A stretch of DNA of 64,000 bases from the human T2T-CHM13v2.0 reference genome, Homo sapiens. Both the position numbers and the translations under genes were made by a program. Positions 37,384 through 53,599 of this stretch are shown here, piece by piece. Position 1 is the stretch's first letter. Each line of letters begins with the position of its first letter. The notes under the pieces were generated by a model. It ran no database searches. It was not told the DNA's origin and saw only the letters and a program-made list of their open reading frames with translations. Location of the stretch: NCBI RefSeq assembly GCF_009914755.1, contig NC_060933.1; one strand, written 5' to 3'.

Positions 37384-37724
37384 GGGAGCACTCACCCACC
37401 AGGACAGAGGCCCAGGGAGAGCACTCATCCACCAGGGAAGAGCCCCTAGGCCAGCTGAGAGAAATTAGGCCAGGGGCTGCTGAACAGGGTAGAGCCCCTG
37501 GGCTTCCCTCCTGGTAAGTGGGTGTTCCCCCTTGGCCTCTCTCCCAGTGGGTGATCCCCCCGGGCCTCTCTCCTGGTGGGTGGGCCCTCCACCCAGGCCT
37601 CTCTCCTGGTGATTGGGTGCTCCCCCTGGGGCTCTCTCCTGGTGAGTGGGTGCTCTTCCAGGCCTCTCTCCTAGTGGGGTGCTCCCCCTGGGCCTCTCTC
37701 CTGGTGGGCGGGCACTCCCCCTGG
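37384..37724. repeat. ~33-bp GC-rich minisatellite: 2 inverted copies, then ~7 direct copies
   Basis: Unit CCTGGGCCTCTCTCCTGGTG(A)GTGGGTGCTCCC; reverse-complement copies at 37384-37450. Confidence 0.9.
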
Positions 37725-38304
37725 CTGACAGTTCTCTGCCCATAGGCTCTCTCCATCCTGGCCTCTGTGGTCCCACACAGGCCCCTCTGGGTCCTGGACT
37801 TCAGAGCTCCTCTCCCTGGCCATGGCCAGCTTTCCTGGAAGACAGGACTGGGGGTCCCTGGGACAAAGCAGGAGTCCTGGGGAAACCCCCTTTCTCATCA
37901 GAGGCACCCACCCCTCATGAAGTGAGCCACCTGGGGGAGGATGAGCAGCACCCTTGAGGGACAGGCTAAGGGACACTGGAGGCACAGGGCCTTCTCTGCA
38001 GAGCCTCTGACTCCACAAAGTTATTCAAGGGCTTTGAGATTGAATAGCACCAATGGATTGTCACTGTGGTCCCCAGGAGCCCTCCATGGTCACCAGGAGT
38101 CCTCCGGGGTAGAGGACTCATTTGAGCCATTGGAACATGAGTGAAATAATTGGTCAGAGAAATTGGAATATGTGTTGATACTTCCTGGTGGTTGCTTCTC
38201 CACTGTGGGCTGATCCCACCATTCCCCAACTTCAGGTCACCCTTGCCCTTTTTCATGATGAAAATACTACATCACTTTAAAACAATAGGAAACACTTAAC
38301 TCTT

Positions 38305-38690
38305 TAGTTTTGATGGGTCAGTATTGGGGTGTGGCTTGGCTATGGCTTGGGGACCTCTCATGAGGCTACAGATGGTGGCTGGGGCTGCAGTGTCATCTGA
38401 AGGCCTGACTGAAACTGAGGATCATTTTCAAGGTGACTCATTCACACATCACAAGTTGTTGCTGGCTGTTGGCCTGGGGCCTTAGTTCCTCTCCGCATGG
38501 GCCTCTCTGCAGGGCTGCTTGAGCATCCTCATAACATGGCAGCCAGCTCCCCCACAGTGAGTGATTCAGCAAGGAAAGGCAAAAGCTGCAGTGTTATGTA
38601 TGGCCTGGCCTTGGAAGTCACCTTCATCATTTCTGTAATGTCCTATTGTACAGTAGTGTCCACAGGTCAGCTCTATTCACAGTGGGAGAG
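38305..38690 (-). mobile_element. MLT1-type LTR
   Basis: ggctggggctgcag..catctgaaggcctgactg...gggctgcttgagcatcctcataacatggcagc. Confidence 0.7.
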
Positions 38691-39341
38691 GCAGATAACC
38701 AGCATTTGATGATCACTGGGCCATTGGGGGGCAGGCTGCCAAAAACATGTTTCTTTTTGAATGATGTCACTCCCAGGTGGAGGCACCACTTCCTCCCACT
38801 CACCCCAACCAGGGACGACAGGACACTTGGCCTCAGTTCTACTTTCAAGCCACAAACCCCTCCCCATCCTCTTTTTGTTCCTTACCTACCACAACCCCTC
38901 ACCTTTCAGGTCACCACAGCCAGCCTGCTGCTGTGCTGCCAGAATTTATCTTGACCCTCTTAGGACGACAGTTGTGTATTCCTAGTGTACCTGGGTTTGT
39001 GTCCCTGGTCCTAATGGGACCCCACTGCTGGCCTTCTGGCACAGGGGACCTCTGTAGAGGAGAAGGCTGAACCAGGTGGTGGTGGCAGGCACTGCTGTCC
39101 TTCCTGGCCTGGGCTGGAAGCATCTGGATGGTCCAGGGCTGCCTCCTCAGGGGGCAGGAGCCAAGACTCCAGGGCCCCGGCATTGACAGCACAGCAACGG
39201 TGATTCAGATGTTGGTGGCTGGGATCCCTTGAGTACCTACCATAGGCAAAGCCCTCATTTCTCACAAAAACTCCACCACATGCATCCCACATTTTCTCCA
39301 TTTCATGGAGGAAGAATGGAGTCTTCAAGAAGTTCATCAGT

Positions 39342-39650
39342 GTCCGGGCATGGTGGCTCATGCCTGTAATCCCAGCACTTTAGGAGGCCGAGGCAGACAG
39401 ATCACCTGAGGTCAGGAGTTGAGACCAGCCTGGCTAACATGGTGAAACCCAGTCTCTATTAAAAATACAAAAAATTAGCTGGGCATTGTGGTGGGCACCT
39501 ATAATCCCAGCTACTTGGAAGGATGAGGCAGGAGAATCTTTGAAACCAGAAGGTGGAGGTTGAAGTGAGCTGACTTTGCGCCACTGCACTCCAGCCTGGG
39601 CAACAGAGTGAGGCTCCGTCTCAAAAAAAAAAAAAAAAAGAAAAGAAAAG
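39342..39650 (+). mobile_element. Alu (AluS-like)
   Basis: Full-length Alu. Confidence 0.95.
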
Positions 39651-39904
39651 ATTAAGTTCAGCAATATGGCTGAGGCCACAGCACCCATGCGTCCGAGCTC
39701 AGGTGACACTGTCCACCCCATCCTTGTCACGGCTGGGTGTAGCTCTGCATCCTCACACAGGCAGGGAACTTAGGGACAAACTCCACATCACCTCAGCCTT
39801 TAGCTTTTGGGAGGGAGGGGCACACCACTGTGTCCTGAGCCTCAGTTTCCCTGTTGTCAGACGGGGATAACCATACTTCACAGGGGCATGAAGGGGCCCA
39901 ATGA

Positions 39905-40358
<454 letters not shown>

Positions 40359-40789
40359 TAAGCCCTTCAGGACCTGGTGTTATTATTTATTGATTCTCTC
40401 CCTAAAACAATGAGGGTGCCCTCCTGGTGGGGCTGCTCAGCGGGGCAGGTGCTGGGCCTGCTGGAGCAGCCCTCGTGGGTCAGGTCTCCCAGGAAGCATC
40501 TTGAAATATCTGTTTGCAGGGGGCCTCTTCACCTTCTAACTTGTGGCCATTTCATTGTTCCCAACCAAGAGGGTCTGAGGAAGCCTCTGATGGTGTGTTT
40601 CTGGGCTCACTCTGGGCTTGTCTGGTCTAGGGCCGGCCCCCTCATTCCCTGCTGGGCCCCTCCTCCCTGAAGATCTACACAGCAGATCTACTCACAAAAG
40701 TCCACCCAGCAGAAGCAGGAGGATGGTGGTTGTGGGTCCTCTGTGAGCAGCCCTGTTAACCTTTAAACCAGCACGGCCGCCGCAGCTGT

Positions 40790-41036
40790 GAGCCTAGCAC
40801 CTGATCAGTGGAGAGCTGTGGATTGCATGTTTGTTTGCCATTGCCCCCGCCACCCTGCAAGTTGCACCTTCTAGAATCAGCAAGCCAAGCTCCTCTCACC
40901 CAGCGTAATGATGCGGAAATGCAAATGCACCATCATGTTGTGACCCATATTGCGAAAATTAGAAAAAAGGAAGTTGTGTTTCGCTATTGCACGAAGTTCA
41001 GCCCAGAGGAGAAACTCGCTCGCCTTCAGAAGACAG
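40790..41036 (+). other. FGD3: FGD3 alternative first exon 1b (start approximate)
   Basis: Consensus donor ACAG|GTGAGT at 41036/41037 in unique, CpG-retaining sequence next to a cluster of promoter motifs. Confidence 0.7.
40905..40995 (+). promoter_or_regulatory. Haematopoietic-type motif cluster (ETS, octamer, C/EBP-like, PU.1-like)
   Basis: GCGGAAAT overlapping ATGCAAAT (40919-40926), ATTGCGAAA (~40949), AAAAAAGGAAGT (~40963), ATTGCACGA (~40986). Confidence 0.55.
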
Positions 41037-43584
41037 GTGAGTGGGCTTGGTCCTGAGGTGTTGGCCGAGCCCTGAGATCCTAACTGCTTTTGTGGAACTT
41101 TGGGGTGGTAGGAACATTCAGGGCAGGAGCCATTTGAGGGAGACGGATGTTTTCAAGGCAGGAAGTGGCTGTGGTGGCACGGAATGGTGTCTTGTTTTTG
41201 TTCTGTTGTCTTTCTCTGGGTTCCTGTAGCATGATGTGTAAAAATTCAGAGTTATTGTGGGCCTCGAATGGCAAGTGTGAAAAGCCTTTGTAAACTGCTG
41301 AGTGCTGGGACAGTGTTGCCTATCGTCTGGGGGTGGCTTAGGCTCTCACAAGATGAACGGTGCCTGCCCGTGTCCCCATCGAAGGCTGGCAGGGGCCTGG
41401 GTCCGAGGCTGACCAGATGCAGGGAGCCTTTTTCCATCGGCTGGCAGCGCACCAGCCAGGGCATCGAGACCACGGCCAGCCCCTCTCATGTCACCCAGGC
41501 CTGGGGGGCGGGGGGTAGCGCGAGCCTTCCTCTGCCTGAACAGAGGAGGGTGGTCCCAGACGTGTCCTGGGGGCTAGGCTTTCCCACACAGTGTGTCTCC
41601 AGAAGCTTCCTCTGCACTCTGCAGGTTAGATATTAGCAGATGCGGGCCTGTGTAGCATGGGGCTGTGAGGAAGGAGTGCTGCGCCCACCAAAGCCTCCTC
41701 AGCACCCCGTGCTGTGCCTGGCAGTGTGGGACAGTGGCGGGGCCACCTCAAGAGGTGCATGGACTGATGGCAGGGTCCCAGCGGCAGTGGCGGCACAACC
41801 CGATGCCACCGTGATTGTGCCCACTGTGCAGAGGGGGCCCGAGGGGCAGAGGCATGTTCGGGTCACACAGCATGGCCACACTCATCTGTAAAGTGGTGAC
41901 TGAGTCGTGCCAGGCTCACTGTAGTTCGGGGCTGGACGTGCTTAGCAGGTGCCACTGCCATTCAGATCGGTGCTTGCCAACACCCAGGGCGGATGCTGGT
42001 CAGCCATTCTTGCAGGGGAGGAAACCAAGGCACACAGCTGACTTGCCCTGGGCCCCCCAGCCTGCAAAGTGTCTGACTGAGCCCCAGTACAAATCTTCAC
42101 AACTTGCTCAGTGGCCCCAGAGCCGGGTGGGGCTGACCAGCTGGGTGTGAAAGGGAGGAAGTGGTTTGTCCCCAGCTGGGCTGTTACAGGAGGCCAGAGG
42201 AGGCCCCGGTTCCACTCCTCAGGGGGCGGAGGTCCACGTCTACACAAAAACCAGCACCATGCAGTGTGCAAGACCCCTTGGAATGACACGAGGCCGAGTG
42301 CCCTGCACACAGAGGCCTGCAGCCGTGTTGTACAGAGGTTAGAGCTGAAATGACCTTTTCCTGAGAAGCCTCACCACTGTCCGAGGATGGGCCTGACCTT
42401 CCTGGCCTGTGCCCCTTGAGGACTCCCAGGTTAGTCCCTGGGCTAGAAGAGTGACCTGGGAGTCACTGGTGCATGTGCTGGGAGCTCCCAAAGCATCCTC
42501 CCCACCTGCCCCGATAGGTCTATCAGGAGCCTGGTTTACAGATAAGGAAACTGAGGCCCCTCAGTAAGGGCAGTGCTGGGCAGGTGTGAAACCTAGACAA
42601 GGATGAGACTGGGCTTGTGGAACAAGGAGGCTCGGAGGCAAGCATGTGCCGAAAACAATGAACAAGGACAGGAGGAAGAGCAGAGCCGGGCACTGTGGTG
42701 CCTGCCTGTCCCTAGGCGGGACGACCGTCAGCTGTCGGGGCTGAGCCGGTCGGGAAGGAAACAGGATATGAGGACCTTCATTCATCCCTTACATTTCTCC
42801 CCGTGTCCTGCCTTCTTCTCTGCAGATATTGTGGGTCCTTGTAGGTGACAAGGGGCCCATTGTCTGAGGAGGGAGACAGGGACATGAGCCTGCCACGGTT
42901 TCATCTGGCTAGCTGCAAGGACAGTGCAGGGCAGGCCCTGTGTGAAATGGGGGCAGCCACATCTGGGTCTGGGGACAAGCTGCCTGCTGCCTAGTGACAC
43001 GAACCTGTGCCCGTGGTGCCTCCGTCCCCACACGTGAGCTTCCCCACTCCCTCCTTCTGAGCTTGCTGCCTGCCGGTGAGTGTCCCTGGTCTCAGGAAAG
43101 TAACCCACAGGCAAATGGTTGCTGCATTTTCCCAAAAGCAAGTATTGAACCCCTAACAATAATCTCAGCCCTCCAGGACCCCCTGCTCTGTGCCACAAGG
43201 TGTGCTGTCCCCCAGCCCCACCCTCCAGGTGGGGGCACCGCAGACTCAGGCCTGGAGGCTGCACCTGTGGGCCCTGCCCGGGGCCCACCCCACCTGGGAG
43301 TCTGTATGAGGCCTCTGCCCAGGGTGCCAGTCTTCTGAGGAGCAGCGGTGGCTGTGCATGTGGACCAAGGAAGGAGGGCAAGAGTGTGTGAATGAGGGCT
43401 GAGCTCCGCAGCCTCAGAAAGGGACACTAAGGATCCCGCCTCCCCTGGACACCCCCAGCTGGGCAGGGAGGTTGACAAGGAGGCTGGCCTGGTACAGGGC
43501 CTTGCCCTTCGCACCTTGTCATTTTGGTGCAAATTCAAAAAACTTCTCATGAGAATCTTCTGCATATGTTTAAAAAAAGTTTTC

Positions 43585-44735
<1,151 letters not shown>

Positions 44736-45259
44736 ACATTCTTGACTAGATGGACTCACATGGGAAACTGGTGTTGGTTTAAATGTGGCTGCCCTAAGAA
44801 AAGCTGCCGCATCCTTGGGAGAGGTAGATACCCCCCGCCCACCAGCCCCCGATTCCAGGCTGTCCAGCCTCTTCTCCCAGTCCACAGTCACAGCGTCATG
44901 CCAGGGCTATGGGTCATGAAGACTCATACAGTCTTAAACAGTAGAAGTAACTTGTTAAGGTGGCGGTGTGAGCCATATTTGTGAGTGTCTGCTCATGGCA
45001 TGACTACAAACGGGGAGGTGCTGCGTTGATCTGCCTCCTCTTCTCCCTGCTCAGCTTGCCCTCACTTCCTGCCCTCTCCGAGGCCCCTCTGACCCCCATC
45101 CCAATTCAGGAGCATGTAGCACCTCACTGAGTTCTCAGCAGAGATGATGGAGACCCCTCCTCCATCCACTCCCACAGCAGACAGGGCATTTCCCAGGCTG
45201 AGACCCCAAGGTAATTACTCTGGGCTTCCAGGCACCGCTAGGTCACAAGGTGGCTTTAA

Positions 45260-45593
45260 TTTTTGTTTTCTTTTCTTTTTTCTTTTTTTCTTTTTTTTTT
45301 TTTTTTGACACGGAGTCTCACTCTGTGGCCCAGGCTGGAGTGCAGTGGTGTGATCTCCTCACTGCAACCTCCGCCTCATGGGTACAAGCAATTCTCCTGT
45401 CTCAGCCTCCAGAATAGCTGGGACTACAGATGCAAGCCATCACGCCTGGCTAATTTTTGTATTTTTAGTAGAGATGGGGTTTCACCATATTCATCAGGCT
45501 GGTCTCGAACTCCTGACCTCAGGTGGAGGTCTGCCAAAGTGCCTTAGCCTCCCAAAGTGCTGGGATTGCAGGTGTAAGCCACTGCGCCCAGCC
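45260..45593 (-). mobile_element. Alu
   Basis: Full-length Alu; TSD GGTGGCTTTAATT. Confidence 0.93.
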
Positions 45594-46994
45594 TGGTGGC
45601 TTTAATTGACTGCCATTGGGCATTACATCTGGGCATGGCCAGGGTGCCCTGGGCCTTGCTCACTGTGGGTGGCCTCAGTGGGTTTGGGACCTCAAGGCAC
45701 CAAAGTTAAGCCAGTGAGAAGCCATATGGGGACCAGCGGATATAGGCAGTTCACATGGTTTATTGTATCACCTAGAGGCACTTACAGTATTGCCTGGATT
45801 CTCTATCACAGGGTAACCCACAAGGGAGATCTTGTCGTCATCATCCCTCATGATTCTGGGCCACCCGGGTGCAGCGGGCGGCTCTTGCCCACAGGGCTGG
45901 GACCCATTGCATAAGGCTTCCCCCAAAGGCTTCAGGCCTGGCTGCCACCTGCTGTCGGCGGGGATGCCCCCGCATGCCTCTCTGAGTGGCTAAGCCTCCC
46001 TCACAGTGAGGTGCTGGCTTCCAAGTGTGAGAGCCCAGAGCTGTCTTCCCTCCTGACCTGGCCTCCCACATGCTGCCCTCTCTAGTTACAGCGAGTCTCT
46101 TAGGGGCTCTGTATTTAGGGGAGGGATGTCAGAGTCCGCTTTTAGATTGAAGTGGCATCAAAGAATATACGGGCAGTTTAAAAACCACCACTAACGCGTT
46201 TGTTGCTCCCCCTACATAACATGCCATTGTTATGGAGCCTCCTGTGTGCCGGGGGCCACTGGGCCACTCCAGCGACAGGACAAGGGAGGTCCCTGCCTAC
46301 TAGGTTCCAGGCAGCACAGTGGACAGGTGCCGTGGTGGGTTTCTTTCAGATGGGGGGGGACTCCCGCACGGCCTCCCGGGAAGGGACATCTGGTGGCAGA
46401 TAGAGCTGGGTGGTAGGCAGACTGGTGGCCCATCTGTGGGACCAGCCCTGCCTATCTGGGGGACCGCTGCACTGTGGAGGGACACGGGGCGGGGGCCAGA
46501 GCACTTCATCCCCCTGCTCACTGGCTGCTGTGATGGAGACACATGAACAGTTCTAGGACACCCTGGATTCTGGGGCATTCTAAATTTCTTCAGGTTTGTG
46601 GATTTCCTCGTGCTACAAGGTGGCAGCCCTGAGTGTCTGGGACCTGTTCCCTGGCTGAGTCCACAGTGGGCACGGCTCATCTGGGTCAGCAGCTCCAGCC
46701 TTGCTCACCTCAGGCGGCTCAGGGCTTCTTAAAGGGAAAGCTGAGGTGGCTGCATACAGAGAACTGACCTCGGCTTCCTCAATGCCCCTGTGGAAACATA
46801 GGCATAGCCCTGGGCGGACCAGAGTGACCCAAGCCCGGGGGCTTCCAGCACCTGTGTCCCAGGGCCAGCCTCTCTGAGCCTCGGCGTCCTCATATGAAGG
46901 ACAGAAACGTCCCCTGCGAATGTGAGAAAGGGCTCAGCACTGACCCTGCGCATGGGTGTGCATGGGTGTACTTGCCTTATATGTGTGTATGCAT

Positions 46995-47437
46995 TGTCAA
47001 CCTAAAATAATCAAGAGAATCAGAATATAGTCTAAAGAGAGTTTATTCAAGCACAAGGTTGAGGACTGCAGCCAGGGAGACACTTCCAAGTTGCCTCAAG
47101 GAATGTCTGGAGAACAAAAGAGAGGCTCAAGTGTTTAAAGAAAAGAAAGGATGAATCAGGAGAGGGGGTGGTGACCATTGTTCATCAGGAACTCTCATTG
47201 GTTCACAGAAATAACACTGGCTAGTGATTGGCCAGCCACTGTTGAACTACAGGGAATGTGGCATTTTAGGGCTACTTGGCATCTGTTAGTCTCAAGCCTG
47301 CATAGCAAGTGGTTTCAGGAGGGACCTATTTTGCTCGATGGGGAGTGACACATGACTGTGTTGCATTCCAGTGCCTCTCAATGCCTGATTATATAAAGGG
47401 GCTGGCATTCCTCAGACACAGGCCTTTTTATTTTTCA
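46995..47437 (-). mobile_element. ERV1 solo LTR (MER65-like)
   Basis: TG...CA termini with 4-bp TSD GCAT (46991-46994 and 47438-47441); tttatt (minus-strand poly(A) signal) near 47042. Confidence 0.75.
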
Positions 47438-48183
47438 GCATACGTGTGCACACATGTGTATGTATGTGCACATGTGCGTTTGTTTATGCATGTGTGCATG
47501 CACCTGTGCCTTGAAGGCCAGGCAGTGGCCACACCAGCCCAGGAGGGTTGCTGCTGGCAAAAGCCTTTGGCCGCAGAGGGGCTCTGCCCGGCTACACTTC
47601 CCAAAGTAGCTCATCCCTCTCCTGCCCCTCTATCCAGCTCTCTTTGTTTTCTGTTCTCATTACCTTTTTTATTTTAAAACAACGCATACTCTGTAAAAAG
47701 TCCTTGCAACAGAATAGAAGGAAGTGAAGTGACAATTAGGGGCTCCTCAACCCAGGTTGCCCCCACCAAGGGCACCCTAAAAACCTCACTTTTAATTTGA
47801 TTGCCTTTGTAAAGACCCTGTCTCCAAACATGCCTTCATTTTGAGGTACTGGGGGCTAGGACTTCAGTGTGTGAATTGGGGGGTACCGACAGGATCCATA
47901 ACACAGGTGTTTGCAATACAGAGTTGCAAACGCAAAGCTGGAGGTGAGTGTCCTTCATTTGTTTTGGTTCATCTGCTCTTGGACAAAAGCCCTTCCAAGA
48001 TGGGAGTGATTTGAGGGCCTCCGATGAGCACAGTGCATCCCTCTCCTCTGGACAGGATGTCTGGGGACCCGGGCTGCTTGGGCCTCCTAGGCTGCAACCA
48101 CACACCTCCTCACCTCTCCTCATGATCCATCATGATCCATCCTCCCTTCTGTGGTAAGGAAAATGATGCTTAGGAATGTCTGA

Positions 48184-50835
<2,652 letters not shown>

Positions 50836-51907
50836 TCCCCCGAGATGGGGTTGAACCAGGCTCTGTCTTGCCAGACAGCTACCTTTGAACACACCGAGGC
50901 TGAGCACAGCTCACATTCCATCTGGTGTATTTTTATTGCTCTGCCATGTTTGACCTCTGGAAACCTGAGTTTATCTCTTGTGCTATGAGAAGAATGCAGC
51001 AAAACATGTATTTTCTGTTTAGAAATCTTAATATTGCCCCCCATTGAACTCGTTAGGAATGCGGCAGTAGCCAATCATAAATGCCCACCTGAGCGATTCT
51101 GGAGTCATTTAAAGAAACGTCCACTCAAAAGGGGTTTTGCCCCAAGACAGTGAGCACTCAGGAGACTGTGTGTGGTGGGGGTGCTCCACCATAGAGCTGG
51201 TCGGCATCCACAGCCACCAGGACGCTGCCAGAGCCCAGGCCTGCGCCACGCCCTGCCCAGAGGCACACCTGCCTGCTCAAGGCAACCAGGGCAGGCTCAA
51301 GGCAGCCAGGGCCAGCTCACTGTGTGCCTGTCACTGTGTGAAGCCTGCTTCTTCTTTATTTCGCTTAGCAAGTGAGGCAGGAGCATGTAAAGCTGCTGGC
51401 AGAGGAATATCTAATTGTGAGTGTGAGTGCGTGTGTGACTGTGAGTGTGAGCCAGCCCGTCAGTGTGAATGTTTGAGAGAGCCTCTCTGTATGTGCCTGG
51501 GGGAGGGTGTGAGGTGTGGGCTAGGGAGGGGCCTGGCGATGCCCACCGGCTCACCTCACACTGGACAGTGCCTGCATGTTCAAGATGACCCTTCCCCTGG
51601 GCCGCAGGATGCTGCATGGCAAGGGACAAGCTCAGCCCTGGCCCCAGAGTTTCCAGCCGAGCAAGACACTGCTCACCCTACAGTGCATGGCTGCTGGTGC
51701 AGGCCCCACCCTTTTGGAGGCATTGTGTGCCAGCCTGGGGGCTGAGGATATGACTGTGCAGATGGCCATGCCCCAATCCTGGAGTCCACCATGCTGGGTG
51801 GTGGCATGGAGCTTCCCTCCTCCGCACCCCCGCAGAGCCGGGGCCTCTGGCTGCTCCAAATGCCAGTTGGAGAAGGTGGTTTTCTTTCTCTACTAATGTC
51901 TTTTCAG

Positions 51908-52075
51908 TACCTCCTAAATGGCTCTACTTTGAACCTGCTGGGCAAGGAAGAGATTTTCAAGGAAACCATCTACCGTGTGCAAGCTCCTGCCGGCCAACCC
52001 CAGACCCCAGCACGGAGCCAGGCGCCTGTGCCCGCCAACCCTCAGCATCCTCCTCAGAAAGGCTGGTGGCATCAG
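51908..52075 (+). other. FGD3: FGD3 exon 2 (168 nt, 5'UTR)
   Basis: Branch point TACTAAT (51891-51897), acceptor gtcttttcag|TAC, donor CAG|gtatgg; unique sequence 800 nt upstream of the coding exon. Confidence 0.85.
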
Positions 52076-52926
52076 GTATGGGGATAAGTGACCGCCACTT
52101 GCAGCCCCTAGGCTCCTCGGCAGCTGCGTCTTGGGTTCAAGAGGATGATTTTGAGGGATGACAGTCTCCCTCTAGGCCCGTCTCACCTTTGCTCCTCCTC
52201 AGAGGCGCCCGGTGAATTTTCTGTGCACTTATAATTGACACTTGAATTTGGTCCATGAGAGGCGTGGTGGGCCAGTGTGAGGTGGCTCCAGTGCACAGGA
52301 GGGAGGAGGAGTTTTGGGGCAAAGACCTTGGTCCACATCCTCTGGCAAGACGCACCTCCTGCCCCAGCCCTCCCCTGAGGGAGATAGTAGAGACAGCTGG
52401 GACCCTGGACCCCTGGGGGCTGTTTTCTGACCTGTCCAGCAGGCAGTGGTGAGGAGGAGGAGGAGGAGGACACCGGCCTCATGTCCTGGGAGTATCAGAG
52501 GATTGAAAAAGCACCACGGATGCGCTATAAACAGAAGCCACTGTGTTCCTTTTGGTTATGGTCACTACCTTGAGCATCTATTTTGAATTTATTGAACAGC
52601 AGATAGCTTCACACCACAGGGTTAATTTTTTTTATGCGGAACAAACAATTTTAAAACAAAACATTTTCCATTTTCTGTTCTTTAAAAGCCTGTCTGTACA
52701 AGACCCAGCTGAAGCTGACCAGGGCATTCACACTTCACACACAACCCCCAGCCCACCTGCTCCAGGCTTTGGGTGGGGGGCGGAGGGTACTGCCTGGGAG
52801 CTGCATTTGGGGGTTGCACCTGAGGGTGCTGGTCCATGCCTGGCTAGCACTGACTCTGGCTTGTTTCTCCCCTACAGGAAGCCCCTGGCCAGCCTCCACC
52901 TGAGCCCAGTGAGCTCAGCTTTAAGG

Positions 52927-53379
52927 ATGGAGTCAGGCAGGGGGTCCTCAACCCCTCCAGGACCCATTGCTGCCCTAGGGATGCCAGACACTGGGCCTGG
53001 CAGTTCCTCCCTAGGGAAGCTTCAGGCGCTCCCTGTTGGGCCCAGAGCCCACTGTGGGGACCCTGTCAGCCTGGCTGCAGCAGGGGACGGCTCTCCAGAC
53101 ATAGGCCCCACGGGAGAGCTGAGTGGTAGCTTAAAGATCCCCAACCGGGACAGCGGGATCGACAGTCCATCCTCCAGTGTGGCTGGAGAGAACTTTCCCT
53201 GCGAGGAGGGCTTGGAGGCTGGCCCAAGCCCCACTGTACTGGGGGCGCACGCAGAGATGGCCCTGGACAGCCAGGTCCCGAAGGTCACCCCCCAGGAGGA
53301 GGCGGACAGCGACGTGGGTGAGGAACCTGACTCTGAGAACACCCCCCAGAAGGCTGACAAGGATGCCGGCCTGGCCCAG
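52927..53379 (+). CDS. FGD3: FGD3 first coding exon, residues 1-151 (CDS continues beyond the window)
   Basis: Translation MESGRGSSTPPGPIAALGMPDTGPG...KIPNRDSGIDSPSSS...DKDAGLAQ recognised as the FGD3 N-terminus. ATG context aggATGg; phase-0 donor CAG|GTAGGC at 53379/53380. Confidence 0.96.
53149..53166 (+). other. FGD3: DSGIDS phosphodegron (residues 75-80), SCF-beta-TrCP motif
   Basis: gac agc ggg atc gac agt in frame; matches the DSGxxS consensus known in FGD1 and FGD3. Confidence 0.9.
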
Positions 53380-53599
53380 GTAGGCTTCCCCTTCTCTGTC
53401 CCCGCTGCGGGCTGCAGGCCTTTCCTTAGGAGGGGTTTGAGATTTTCAGTGGGCGTCATCCCACACCTTGTTTCCAGGAATGTGGCACACAGGCTCGTGC
53501 TGTGTGCAAGGGGAGGTCCTGGGATGCAGTCTGCCCTAGAAAAGCCTGAGGGAAAAATCCATGCAGGCCAGGCCAAGCCCACCTGACACCTTGAGCAGT

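Larger units (their letters stand above)
52878..53379 (+). other. FGD3: FGD3 exon 3 (49 nt 5'UTR + 453 nt CDS)
   Basis: Acceptor ttgtttctcccctacag|GAAG at 52877/52878; donor cag|gtaggc. Confidence 0.92.

Noticed and set aside
37497-37724. 33-bp repeats as a CRISPR-like array
   Set aside because: Units are contiguous and degenerate with no unique spacers, there are no cas genes, and the context is mammalian.
51933-52903. Programmed -1 frameshift linking the uORF to FGD3
   Set aside because: No canonical X XXY YYZ slippery heptamer was seen in the uORF frame.
53022-53582. 186-aa antisense ORF over the coding exon
   Set aside because: Typical shadow ORF of GC-rich coding sequence; no independent support.
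52543-53586. 347-aa ORF as the full protein
   Set aside because: Only 52927-53379 is FGD3 CDS. The ORF starts at a GTG in the intron and runs past clear splice sites at both ends.
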